From the IMG/VR virus record IMGVR_UViG_3300047539_000004: DNA of 64,000 bases, one strand, 5' to 3'. Of the stretch, positions 8,494 through 17,001 are shown piece by piece; position 1 is the stretch's first letter, and every line of letters starts with the position of its first letter. The position numbers were made by a program, and so were the translations under genes. The stretch is from an uncultured virus (IMG/VR IMGVR_UViG_3300047539_000004). Taxonomy: Duplodnaviria; Heunggongvirae; Uroviricota; Caudoviricetes. The notes beneath the pieces were generated by a model. The model was not told the DNA's origin, made no database searches, and was given only the letters and a program-made list of their open reading frames with translations.

Positions 8494-9519
8494 ATGGTTT
8501 GCAAACATTGCGGATTGGAGATATTCCCGACTGAAGCTGGAGGAGGAGTGGAGAGTCATTGGCGTCATTCTGCGCACGTTGCCAATGGTGTTTCTCTAAT
8601 TGATTGGGCTTCGTGTGAGTATGCAGCCGGGTTAGAGGAATTGTCCGAACCTGCCCTATATGCCGAACCTTCCGACAACAAGTTTCTAATTGAGGATGTT
8701 CCGGTACCTGTGGCTAAGTTTAAGACAAAGAAAGCCAAGAAAACCACGAAAGTTGCTACCAAACATATCTGCAAGAACTGTGGCTTACCAGTAAAGCTAG
8801 CAGATAACGAAAGTTGGGAGCATGACAAAGAGCCTTACTTCTTTGGTTGCGATAACGCTAACGAAACGTCCGGTATATATAGTACAGTCGCAGAGCCGGG
8901 AGACTACCCTATTCTTGAGCAAGCGCCCATTCTTGAGCAAGCGCTTTCGAATCAACCTGTATGCAAGCATTGCGGATTGGGTATCCATCCTTGTGCAAAA
9001 AATGTTGGTGAAGGAAAGACTTCCAACAAAACAGGGTGGAAGCACAACGCAAACTCCAAGGGCGTAATGTATAACTGCTGTAAGTTTGCTGCTGGTAACA
9101 AAGCCTTCAGCTTCAAGTTGCAAGCCGAACCATCGACGATACTTGGACCAAACAAGATTCCCGAAGTAGTAGAGAAGTTAGTAGAGAAAGTAGTAGTCTC
9201 CGAAGTAACCGAGACGTGCATGTACTGCAATGCTCCTGTAAACCTTTTAGGCTCAGAAAGGGCTACTTTTCCGAACGATTGGACACACACGTCCACAGGA
9301 ATTGTGTCATGCTGGACTAGCATGACGCTAGACGGGAAAGATCATGCAGCAGATACACTTAACCAACAGAACGAATACAGCAAAGATGCTGACAAATCTG
9401 ACAGGACAGCATTTTTCCAATTCTTGAAGAATCATTTCAACACAGGTGGTCCGACTGTCCACGCATCTATTAACATTCACTCAGCACACGAAATTAACGG
9501 TAGAAAATTTAGGATTTAA
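8494..9519 (+). CDS. multi-Zn-binding repeat protein, paralogue 1
   Basis: repeated CK[HN]CG..W.H..C..AEP modules; C-terminal CMYC..PNDWTH domain; ends GRKFRI. Confidence 0.75.
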   Translation: MVCKHCGLEIFPTEAGGGVESHWRHSAHVANGVSLIDWASCEYAAGLEELSEPALYAEPSDNKFLIEDVPVPVAKFKTKKAKKTTKVATKHICKNCGLPVKLADNESWEHDKEPYFFGCDNANETSGIYSTVAEPGDYPILEQAPILEQALSNQPVCKHCGLGIHPCAKNVGEGKTSNKTGWKHNANSKGVMYNCCKFAAGNKAFSFKLQAEPSTILGPNKIPEVVEKLVEKVVVSEVTETCMYCNAPVNLLGSERATFPNDWTHTSTGIVSCWTSMTLDGKDHAADTLNQQNEYSKDADKSDRTAFFQFLKNHFNTGGPTVHASINIHSAHEINGRKFRI

Positions 9520-9520
9520 C

Positions 9521-10897
9521 ATGACTAAGATACCAAACACTTCTACATGTAAACACTGCGGGTTGCCTATTCACAATGGCAGCGGTGGACTGACAGGTTG
9601 GGCGCATGATGAGGGAGGTTGGTTGACGTGTGCATATGCTACAAATAATGTGGACAACGGCCAGTACAATCAGCTTATGAGCGCCGAGCCTGTGACATAT
9701 TTAGAGTATGTAATTGAATCCGTACCTGTACCGAAGACTAAGAAGCCGAAGAAGAAAATGATCACACCAAAACCTTTGGTACTTAACACGCCGAAGCCGC
9801 TTGACGATTGCGATGTAAGTATTTGCAAGAACTGCGGCACAGAGATACACCGAAATTTTGACGAGCAATACGAATGGGAACACAGCGAACAAGTTTACTG
9901 TGCAGAGGCCGAACCTATCTCCTGTGCGAGATGCGATGCACCCATGCGGGTATCGAACATGCCTGAGAAGAATACATGGATACATGTAGCAGGAATCACA
10001 AAACTTTCAGGTGGATGGTATTGCAATAAAAATACAGGCCATTCGCATCTCGACCATAGTTTTATGGCTGTGCGGTATTTATCTGAAGGCGAACCTAAGC
10101 CCCACAAGATTGAAGTTCCTGAGAAAGTTCCTGAGAAAGTCTCTGCCAAGAAGTCTAAACAGTCTGAGAAGCCTAAGAAGCCTAAGAAGCCTACCGAGAT
10201 ACCGGAGGGAACTCAGGCAACGTGTAAACATTGCGGGTTAGTGATTAGAAAAGCTTTTCCAGCAAATATCAGTAGTGTAAATGTTACCGGATGGCAGCAT
10301 CAAGAATCTGAATACAAAATGGCATACGACACTTGCTGGTACGCTATTGACAATACGGGCGTACCCGCGAAGCTGAATAAGTTTCAGGAGCCGACAGATA
10401 GTAACAAGAGCTATATAAGTGTAGAACAGGCCGAACCTACCGAAGAGTGGTTAGCAGAGTATGTAAAGAATTATGTTGGTTCCGTAAAGCCGGTACTAAA
10501 GCCGTTACTGATTCTTGGCGAACCTTTGTCACTACCGATGATTACCAAGTTTAAGGCGGGGATAAATCCTACGGCAGTACCAGAGGTAGTCGAGAGTTGC
10601 ATGTACTGTGATCAACCCGTTAGACTTTCATACAGTAGTTTGTGCCCGAACGATTGGACACATTACACGACAGACTATAGATGCGCAGTTGGCGCGACTC
10701 TTGATGGACAACCACATGTAGCAGATACGTTCAACACACCGAACGAATTCAGCAGAGAAGGCGACAGGGACCAGAGAACAGCATTCTTCGAGTTTCTGAA
10801 AAACACGTACCAGAAGAAAGCCGTTTTTCTCCCGGCGCATGATGGCACTTTCCCTATAGGTAGAAAATTCAGGTACGACAAAGTTGAAAAAGATTGA
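9521..10897 (+). CDS. multi-Zn-binding repeat protein, paralogue 2
   Basis: same modules and C-terminal domain as 8494-9519; GRKFR near the C-terminus. Confidence 0.75.
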   Translation: MTKIPNTSTCKHCGLPIHNGSGGLTGWAHDEGGWLTCAYATNNVDNGQYNQLMSAEPVTYLEYVIESVPVPKTKKPKKKMITPKPLVLNTPKPLDDCDVSICKNCGTEIHRNFDEQYEWEHSEQVYCAEAEPISCARCDAPMRVSNMPEKNTWIHVAGITKLSGGWYCNKNTGHSHLDHSFMAVRYLSEGEPKPHKIEVPEKVPEKVSAKKSKQSEKPKKPKKPTEIPEGTQATCKHCGLVIRKAFPANISSVNVTGWQHQESEYKMAYDTCWYAIDNTGVPAKLNKFQEPTDSNKSYISVEQAEPTEEWLAEYVKNYVGSVKPVLKPLLILGEPLSLPMITKFKAGINPTAVPEVVESCMYCDQPVRLSYSSLCPNDWTHYTTDYRCAVGATLDGQPHVADTFNTPNEFSREGDRDQRTAFFEFLKNTYQKKAVFLPAHDGTFPIGRKFRYDKVEKD

Positions 10898-10915
10898 AAT
10901 AGGGCAAGAAAAGAC

Positions 10916-10944
10916 TTGACAACGGAACGCAACACTGCTATAAA
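10916..10944 (+). promoter_or_regulatory. sigma70-like promoter
   Basis: TTGACA-17-TATAAA. Confidence 0.7.
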
Positions 10945-10968
10945 AGAAGGAGAGGTAAGAAAAAGAAT

Positions 10969-11181
10969 ATGAGCAATACATCGAACACAGCATATCCTAC
11001 GATTTCCCTTGGAACTCTGTTAACGGTCCTGTTCGTTGCACTAAAGTTGACAGGCGTAATCCATTGGAGTTGGTGGTTGGTGCTACTCCCGTTTTGGGGA
11101 CCGATTGCACTGATCCTAGGAATCCTTTTGGTAGTCGGGTTACTGTACCTTGTTTTTAGTAAGGAACTCGAAAACCTGTAA
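10969..11181 (+). CDS. small two-TM membrane protein
   Basis: LFVALKLTGVIHWSWWLVLLPFW motif, common in phages. Confidence 0.75.
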   Translation: MSNTSNTAYPTISLGTLLTVLFVALKLTGVIHWSWWLVLLPFWGPIALILGILLVVGLLYLVFSKELENL

Positions 11182-11226
11182 ACTTTCACAGCAAGTTAAC
11201 CAATTTATTCTTGAAAGGAATAAAAA

Positions 11227-11583
11227 ATGTCTAAGAAAAAGAGCAACACCGAAGTTGAAGTTTCTCAGGAAGTCTCTCAGGCAGTTCCTCCCGAAGTTGT
11301 TTCTGGAGAAATGACCGAAGCGACTGCACCAAAGGCAAATGTGTTTACCATTGACGAAGCCGAGATTCCCCAACGCGGTAGGACTATCATGCTGGCGTAT
11401 CCGGTTACCGAACTGACTCCCGGCTCTAACCAGTCTTTCTTGGTTCCGGCCACAGCAGATACCATCAAGTCCGTTATGACTTCTGTTCGCACGTTCGCCT
11501 ATCGCCACGGCGTGAAGCTTACCTTGCGCTTGGTTGATGGTGGAGTACGTGTTTGGAGAAAGGCTGACGAAGCCAAAGCATAA
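11227..11583 (+). CDS. putative small DNA-binding protein
   Basis: IP.R....YP...L..G.SF.VP...GVRVWR pattern. Confidence 0.55.
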   Translation: MSKKKSNTEVEVSQEVSQAVPPEVVSGEMTEATAPKANVFTIDEAEIPQRGRTIMLAYPVTELTPGSNQSFLVPATADTIKSVMTSVRTFAYRHGVKLTLRLVDGGVRVWRKADEAKA

Positions 11584-11616
11584 GAGAGGGGCGTAGCGAT
11601 ACGCCTCTTTTCTCTT
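11584..11616 (+). terminator. rho-independent terminator
   Basis: GAGGGGCGTA-gcga-TACGCCTCTT followed by a T-rich tail. Confidence 0.65.
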
Positions 11617-11667
11617 GTCTTAAAACATCTTGTAGCAACTAATCGGATAACCTAAGGAGAGGCAGTT

Positions 11668-11934
11668 ATGAAAAAGCTTGTTACAGTGGAAGAGATTGAA
11701 GGCGAAGGGCTAGAGGCCCTCCTTGGAGAAAATGTTTTGATTTTCTCTATGAACTATATTTATACCGGAAAGCTCGTCGGTGTAAATGAAAAGTTTATCA
11801 AGCTGGAAGATGCCAAGATTGTTTATGAAACAGGGCCATTTACTGACAAAAACTACAAAGATGCACAAAGTTTACCCACAAAAGATTGGTACATTCAGTT
11901 AACGTCCATTGAATCGTTTGGCATTGGAAAGTAG
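11668..11934 (+). CDS. Sm/LSm-like small beta-barrel protein
   Basis: L..LLGE.V......Y.Y.GKL.GV....I.L.DA resembles the Sm1 motif. Confidence 0.55.
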   Translation: MKKLVTVEEIEGEGLEALLGENVLIFSMNYIYTGKLVGVNEKFIKLEDAKIVYETGPFTDKNYKDAQSLPTKDWYIQLTSIESFGIGK

Positions 11935-11941
11935 GACAGCG

Positions 11942-12224
11942 ATGAGAAGTTGCAAACAAAAGTATCGTTATAGGTATGGGTCTTGGTCTGGGTATGGGTC
12001 TTGGTCTTGGTCTTGGGTCTGGGTCTGGGTCTTGGTCTTGGTCTGGGTCTGGGTCTGGGTCTGGGTCTGGGTCTAGGTCTAGGTCTGGGTATGGGTCTGG
12101 GTCTGGGTCTTGGTCTGGGTCTGGGTCTGGGTCTTGGTCTGGGTCTTGGTCTTGGTCTTGGTCTGGGTCTGGGTCTGGGTCTGGGTCTGGGTCTAGGTCT
12201 GGGTCTAGGTCTGGGTCTGTTTAA
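11942..12224 (+). pseudogene. low-complexity GS/WS/RS dipeptide protein with one extra base near 12015
   Basis: MRSCKQKYRYRYGSWSGYGSWS continues as GSGSGSWS..RSRS..SV after a +1 shift; hexamer NGGTCT array. Confidence 0.55.
11972..12218 (+). repeat. hexamer tandem repeat (G/T/A)GGT(C/A)T
   Basis: directly visible, about 40 units. Confidence 0.95.
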
Positions 12225-12270
12225 CAGTTCGGCACTGTGCATAAAATACCAAAATTGGAGAGAGGAATCT

Positions 12271-12681
12271 ATGGGAAAGAATTACAACAAGGCTAAGAAG
12301 AGTGACACGTACACGTTTACCACAAACGTTAATGACGACTACAGTGACCGGGTAGTTGCTGAAGCACAACCCACAACTAACTTTCTATTGTTGCGTGACC
12401 ATGACAGGAGAGATGGCAGCGAAGCTATTATAGTACTTGCTCGTAAGAGTGCATTAGAGAGCATACCAGATCAGTTTGACGACTTGTATTTGGGAGGGGC
12501 TACGATTGGCGAGTGGAAAGAACATCTTACCGAGTGTACCCTATATGACCCGTTCACAGGGCTTGTCACATCTGATGTAGAAGATGTGCCAAGAGAGTTG
12601 GAGAATCTTCGCCACGAGATACGCAGGATTAAAAACATCGTGGAAGAGAAGTACATCAAGGTTGCTGTAGAAAGTTTCTGA
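12271..12681 (+). CDS. hypothetical protein
   Basis: GAGG RBS before ATG 12271; the upstream GL-repeat extension in the ORF track is spurious. Confidence 0.6.
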   Translation: MGKNYNKAKKSDTYTFTTNVNDDYSDRVVAEAQPTTNFLLLRDHDRRDGSEAIIVLARKSALESIPDQFDDLYLGGATIGEWKEHLTECTLYDPFTGLVTSDVEDVPRELENLRHEIRRIKNIVEEKYIKVAVESF

Positions 12682-12691
12682 ACAACCCAGT

Positions 12692-12808
12692 TTGCCGTGT
12701 TTAAAGTGGGACAAAGTGGGACAAAGGTGTAACGGCTGTCACCGTTACATATACAAACCCCACGCTCTGACAGAGAGAAATCGGGTCGCTAAAGACTCGA
12801 CACGGCAA
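12692..12808 (+). ncRNA. candidate structured ncRNA upstream of tRNA-Leu
   Basis: closing stem TTGCCGTGT/ACACGGCAA enclosing three hairpins. Confidence 0.4.
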
Positions 12809-12826
12809 TAAACCTTTTGGTACTAT

Positions 12827-12911
12827 GAGGGTATGGCGGAACTGGCAGACGCGATTGATTTAAGATCAATTGTCGAAAGGCGTGGGGGTTCAAGTCCCTC
12901 TACCCGCACCA
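12827..12911 (+). tRNA. tRNA-Leu(TAA)
   Basis: cloverleaf, ATTGA-TT-TAA-GA-TCAAT, long variable arm, GTTCAAGTC, encoded CCA. Confidence 0.92.
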
Positions 12912-12933
12912 ACTTCTTAGAAAAGAGTTTAGC

Positions 12934-13359
12934 ATGAAGTATGTAGTCTATCTCGTAGCAGGACTGCTAGCAACGGCATTCGCTCAAGCACAAGCGGGAC
13001 CGAAACCGCCTAGTGATAAGATCGAGTGGACGCTACTAGCAGCCGATGCAAGTTCACGTGCCTTGGATGTATACAGTACCCATGAAATGTTGCTTAAAGG
13101 TGGGCATGAAGAGATTCTACCCAACTTTCTTGTGAAGAATACCGCAGTAATGGCGACCTATTCAGCCGGGACTGTAGCACTTGATTACTTTGTGACGCGG
13201 AGACTTGAGCAACATCACCACAGGAAGTTGGCGAGACTGATTACAGCAATTGATCTAGGGCAAGACTTGCCGTTTGCTGTACACAATCTCTTCCTTGAGA
13301 AAGAAACGCACTTGCCTTTACTCCCGGTTCATGGTACACTACCACCAGTAATTAGGTAA
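12934..13359 (+). CDS. secreted or membrane protein (signal peptide)
   Basis: MKYVVYLVAGLLATAFA/QAQA; D..ST....GG.E..P motif. Confidence 0.7.
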   Translation: MKYVVYLVAGLLATAFAQAQAGPKPPSDKIEWTLLAADASSRALDVYSTHEMLLKGGHEEILPNFLVKNTAVMATYSAGTVALDYFVTRRLEQHHHRKLARLITAIDLGQDLPFAVHNLFLEKETHLPLLPVHGTLPPVIR

Positions 13360-13379
13360 TCAGGTAATGAAAGGTTGCT

Positions 13380-13904
13380 ATGCAACATCTAACAATGGAT
13401 GAAATCAAGAGATTAGTCGAAGCTATACCGAATGCCCGTCAAAAACTAATGATATTGGTGGGGTTTGAGCATGGTTTGCGTGTCTCAGAATTGATAAATC
13501 TCACCAAAGAAGACATACGGGATGGCTACGTAAGTGTTCAGAGATTGAAGGGTTCTCTTAAAACTATTCAGCCATATGTTCGTCACCCAGACCCAGTGTT
13601 GAGTGAGGCCGAGGGCTTGACGAAACTGTTTGGTACTCTTAAATACAGAGAGAGACTATTCCCTATGACTAGGGATGGTGTCGCAAAGGTGATTCAAAGG
13701 GCCGGGGCGAGAGCAGGGTTACCGAGACACAAGTTACACCCGCATGTACTGAAACATTCCTGCGCTATGCTCACAATCAAACGCGCCGGAATAGAGCATC
13801 TACGGCAATACCTTGGGCACAAGTCCATAAAGAGTACAGGCGCGTACCTGAAGGTAAATGACGAAGAAGCTTCAGCGGCAATCGCAATGTCATTTGGTAC
13901 TTAG
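13380..13904 (+). CDS. tyrosine recombinase, catalytic domain only (FimB/Xer-like)
   Basis: GLRVSEL, RLKG, HPHVLKHS, LGHKSIKST..Y. Confidence 0.9.
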   Translation: MQHLTMDEIKRLVEAIPNARQKLMILVGFEHGLRVSELINLTKEDIRDGYVSVQRLKGSLKTIQPYVRHPDPVLSEAEGLTKLFGTLKYRERLFPMTRDGVAKVIQRAGARAGLPRHKLHPHVLKHSCAMLTIKRAGIEHLRQYLGHKSIKSTGAYLKVNDEEASAAIAMSFGT

Positions 13905-13935
13905 TAACTAAACTTAGTAACTAAAAGGAGAAGGA

Positions 13936-14417
13936 ATGGCAATTACAAAGAAAGCATTATCAATTCGCGCTTCAAAAGAAAAGGCCGAGACGACCAAGAA
14001 GAAGCGCACGCATTCACGCATCATTAGCACTTGGTTGAAAGCATTACGTGGACAACTTCCTACCAAGTATAAGAAGGTTACCGGCAGTTTGTGCAAGGTT
14101 ACTTCTACTGGTAAGGTAAAGGGTCACTGTTGCCTTGGTGTGTTAAGTGATTTAGCGGCGAAGGCCGGTATCATCGACATGCCAGATTTTTCCGAGATCA
14201 CGACATTGGTTATGACACAAGTGTTTGGTACGATGGTAGCAGTTCTGAGTTGTCCGTCACCGTTTTGCATTGGGCCGGTTTGAACGGTTTCCTTGGGGAG
14301 TTTATCAATTCCAAAGGAACTGAAACAAGCTTGGCAGAGTACAACGATAACGGTAAGTCTTTCAAGCAGATTGCCGACATTATCGAGTCGAAGCCAGAGG
14401 GTCTTTTCGCAGCTTAA
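13936..14417 (+). pseudogene. conserved phage protein, frameshifted near 14195
   Basis: WLKALR....CCLGVL N-terminus continues as WAGL...LAEYNDNGKSFKQIADIIE in another frame. Confidence 0.65.
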
Positions 14418-14442
14418 CAAAAGAGGGGCATGAAAATGCCCC

Positions 14443-14471
14443 TTGACTTTTTCCTCCGGGTCTGGTACAAT
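14443..14471 (+). promoter_or_regulatory. sigma70-like promoter (extended -10)
   Basis: TTGACT-17-TACAAT with TG at -15/-14; overlaps a terminator-like hairpin. Confidence 0.65.
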
Positions 14472-14488
14472 AGAGTCTGAGGATAAAA

Positions 14489-14707
14489 ATGTTCAACCAA
14501 TACAAACAAGATAAAAAGAATTTCATCAAAGCTGGCGCATCTGCATTTAGTGCGCGTATCCCATACTACAATAACCCTTACAACATCAATCCGTTCAGGA
14601 GCCTTTGGATTCGTGGATGGAAGGCCGCAGAAAAGGAGTTCTTCGAGATGGTGAAGAGAAGCAAGGCTATTCAGGAGACTCTTCCGCTAGATGAGGTAGA
14701 CGCATGA
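14489..14707 (+). CDS. small protein (Rmf/CrpP-like NPY...W..GW motif)
   Basis: G..AF......NPY......W.RGW. Confidence 0.55.
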   Translation: MFNQYKQDKKNFIKAGASAFSARIPYYNNPYNINPFRSLWIRGWKAAEKEFFEMVKRSKAIQETLPLDEVDA

Positions 14708-14904
14708 AGCCAGTTTCGGAATCAGTTCCTATAACACATCTTGTAGGAACTACCGTTAGATATTATGATGCAGGTTGGCACATGGGAACCCTAGACGAAA
14801 TCAAAAAAGGGCTGGCGTTGATAATCCCGACAGCAGCGTACAAAGCAGGGAAAAAGAAGCGCATTAGTATACCTGTTGACGATGTAAAACCACTGGAGAT
14901 TTGA
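14704..14904 (+). CDS. hypothetical SH3-like small protein
   Basis: coupled start and stop; beta-rich sequence. Confidence 0.5.
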   Translation: MKPVSESVPITHLVGTTVRYYDAGWHMGTLDEIKKGLALIIPTAAYKAGKKKRISIPVDDVKPLEI

Positions 14905-16025
14905 TGGAACTGGACAGCTTTATTGAAAAATTCGGGGGATTGACTGAGGAGTACACTTTCTATCAAGGGCAAGTGACTTTAAGGTATGACCCTAAAAAAC
15001 ACGTCTATCTTCTAATGACCGAGAACGGCCTAGAGGTACAAGATGGTGTAACAAGTATTTGTCATATTATCGACAAATCAATGGCACTTGTACCTTGGGG
15101 CTGTAAGATGATGGAGCAGAAGTTACTACTTACTACTCCTACAGCAAACGGTATGGTACTCCTACCTTTTAAACAGTACATGGACATTGTAGCAGCAGCC
15201 AAGACAGCGCACAAGGAGAAGCTTGAAGAAGCTGGCAACCTAGGAAAGATTGCCCATGCGTGGATTGAAGAGTATATCAAAGAGAAGTTGGACCCTAATG
15301 TAATAGTTCCCGATCTACCGATTGATGAACGTGCAAAGAATGCTTGTATTGCTGCTCTGACTTGGATGGAACGTCATAACGTTAGATGGTTGTTTACCGA
15401 GCGTAAAGTATACTCTAGGCATTATAAATATGCTGGTACTATGGACGGTCTTTGCAAAGTGGATTCCTGCGCCGACCCTAACTGTTGTCCAAATAAGTTT
15501 GTGGACAGGCTCACCATCGCCGATTGGAAGAGTTCGAACTACCTATATCCTGAGTACATGCTTCAGACAGCAGCGTACATGCAAGCGTACCGTGAGGAGA
15601 TGTGTGAGAACGTAGTAGATCGTTGGGTAGTTAGACTTGGTAAAGACGACGCAGCATTCGAAGCATGGCACCTTGAATGGGATACTTATGAAGTAGACTT
15701 TAAAGCGTTCACTGATGCGCTGGCGTTAAGCCGTAGCATGGCCACGATTGGTGAGAGACTTACCAAAGTAAAGAACACGTACAAGTTAGCCAAGAAAGCA
15801 GTTAAAACTGAGGCTTTAAAGTTGAAATGTAAAAAGGCAGATAAGTATAAGGGGCAGAGAAAATCGAATTGTGGATGCAAGTTCTGTGAAGATAAATATG
15901 CAGAAGTTCAGGCCAGCAAACCACCGAAGATCACCAAGGTAAAGAAGGCCAAGCTAATGAAGGTCGCAGCAATAATTGCACCGGACCTGATAAAATCTTT
16001 GCAAAGTTTGTTAGAAAAGCCTTGA
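14904..16025 (+). CDS. PD-(D/E)XK exonuclease (RecB/Cas4-like)
   Basis: GVTSI, G...H..IE, TE, YAGTMD, DWKSS, Y.LQ.AAY. Confidence 0.85.
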   Translation: MELDSFIEKFGGLTEEYTFYQGQVTLRYDPKKHVYLLMTENGLEVQDGVTSICHIIDKSMALVPWGCKMMEQKLLLTTPTANGMVLLPFKQYMDIVAAAKTAHKEKLEEAGNLGKIAHAWIEEYIKEKLDPNVIVPDLPIDERAKNACIAALTWMERHNVRWLFTERKVYSRHYKYAGTMDGLCKVDSCADPNCCPNKFVDRLTIADWKSSNYLYPEYMLQTAAYMQAYREEMCENVVDRWVVRLGKDDAAFEAWHLEWDTYEVDFKAFTDALALSRSMATIGERLTKVKNTYKLAKKAVKTEALKLKCKKADKYKGQRKSNCGCKFCEDKYAEVQASKPPKITKVKKAKLMKVAAIIAPDLIKSLQSLLEKP

Positions 16026-16050
16026 CAAATCGTTTGGTACTTGATACACT
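16022..16050 (+). promoter_or_regulatory. sigma70-like promoter
   Basis: TTGACA-17-TACACT; spacer contains TTTGGTACT. Confidence 0.65.
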
Positions 16051-16149
16051 GGTTATGTAAATCTTTATCGGCACAGGGTAGCGCATGAATTGGGTGATTC
16101 GGGGCGCTACCCTTCCGGGGAAACCAATGAAACAACTTAAAGGAGAATA

Positions 16150-17001
16150 ATGGGAACAGCATTGACAGTTTTAAACAACACACAATTAACCGAAGGTGGA
16201 CAAGGAATTGACTTTAACAGCCCCTTGTTTCGCATCAAGCCAGCGACAATTACTGTCGTTCAGAAGAACACACTTATTGAGGGAGCGATTCCCGGCAAGC
16301 TTCGCATTGGCGCTACAGGTGACCAGTACGATGAAATGTTCTGTACACTGCTTGTCATGCCGAATGAGTCTCGCTCATGGCATATTGGCAACCAAAACGA
16401 ATTGAACCGCACACCGGAAAACCTAATGTGTTTCAGCAGGGATATGATTAAACCTGATGTGACAGCCAAGATGCCACAGGCTATTACATGTGCTACTTGC
16501 GCGAAGTCAGATTGGAAGCCGTGGCAGGAACATAAGAAGGCCACAGGATTTGCTGACAAGAACCTTATACCACCCTGTGATCCTAGTTGGTATGCCGTCA
16601 TGTTAGATACGGTGTTTCAGTTGCCTCTACGCATGTTTATTAGAAGCAAGTCACGCGAACCGTTCGAGCAAGGAATGCAGAATCTAGCAAGAACCCTTGC
16701 TATTAGTAAGGCACAGGGCAAGAAACCAAACATCTTTGATGTGAAGTTTAGACTTGGTACTAAGATAATCACCACAGGTAAGTTCCAAAGCTATGTCCCA
16801 ACGTTCACCGACTTCAAGTACATTAGCGATGAGGAACGTGAAAAGTTTGGTGAGATTTATCTTGCCTACACTAATAAGGATCAGGGTAATCAACAGTCTG
16901 CAACCACAGCGGAGCTAGAGGCCGCAAATCAAGCAATTGACAGCGCGGTACTCAATTCTGAGTACGTAACCGAAGAATCAACCGGAGACATTATCATCTA
17001 A
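16150..17001 (+). CDS. putative ssDNA-binding or annealing protein
   Basis: follows the exonuclease; C.S.D...P....C..C...W...PPC motif; acidic C-terminal tail. Confidence 0.5.
   Translation: MGTALTVLNNTQLTEGGQGIDFNSPLFRIKPATITVVQKNTLIEGAIPGKLRIGATGDQYDEMFCTLLVMPNESRSWHIGNQNELNRTPENLMCFSRDMIKPDVTAKMPQAITCATCAKSDWKPWQEHKKATGFADKNLIPPCDPSWYAVMLDTVFQLPLRMFIRSKSREPFEQGMQNLARTLAISKAQGKKPNIFDVKFRLGTKIITTGKFQSYVPTFTDFKYISDEEREKFGEIYLAYTNKDQGNQQSATTAELEAANQAIDSAVLNSEYVTEESTGDIII

Noticed and set aside
11895..12242. Poly-RP (minus strand) and poly-GL (11983 frame) ORFs
   Set aside because: These are alternative frames of the hexamer array. The GS/WS/RS frame fits the upstream ATG, and the real downstream gene starts at 12271.
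12827..13904. Prophage attachment site at tRNA-Leu next to the recombinase
   Set aside because: Phage genes continue on both sides, and I found no duplicated tRNA 3' end in the window.
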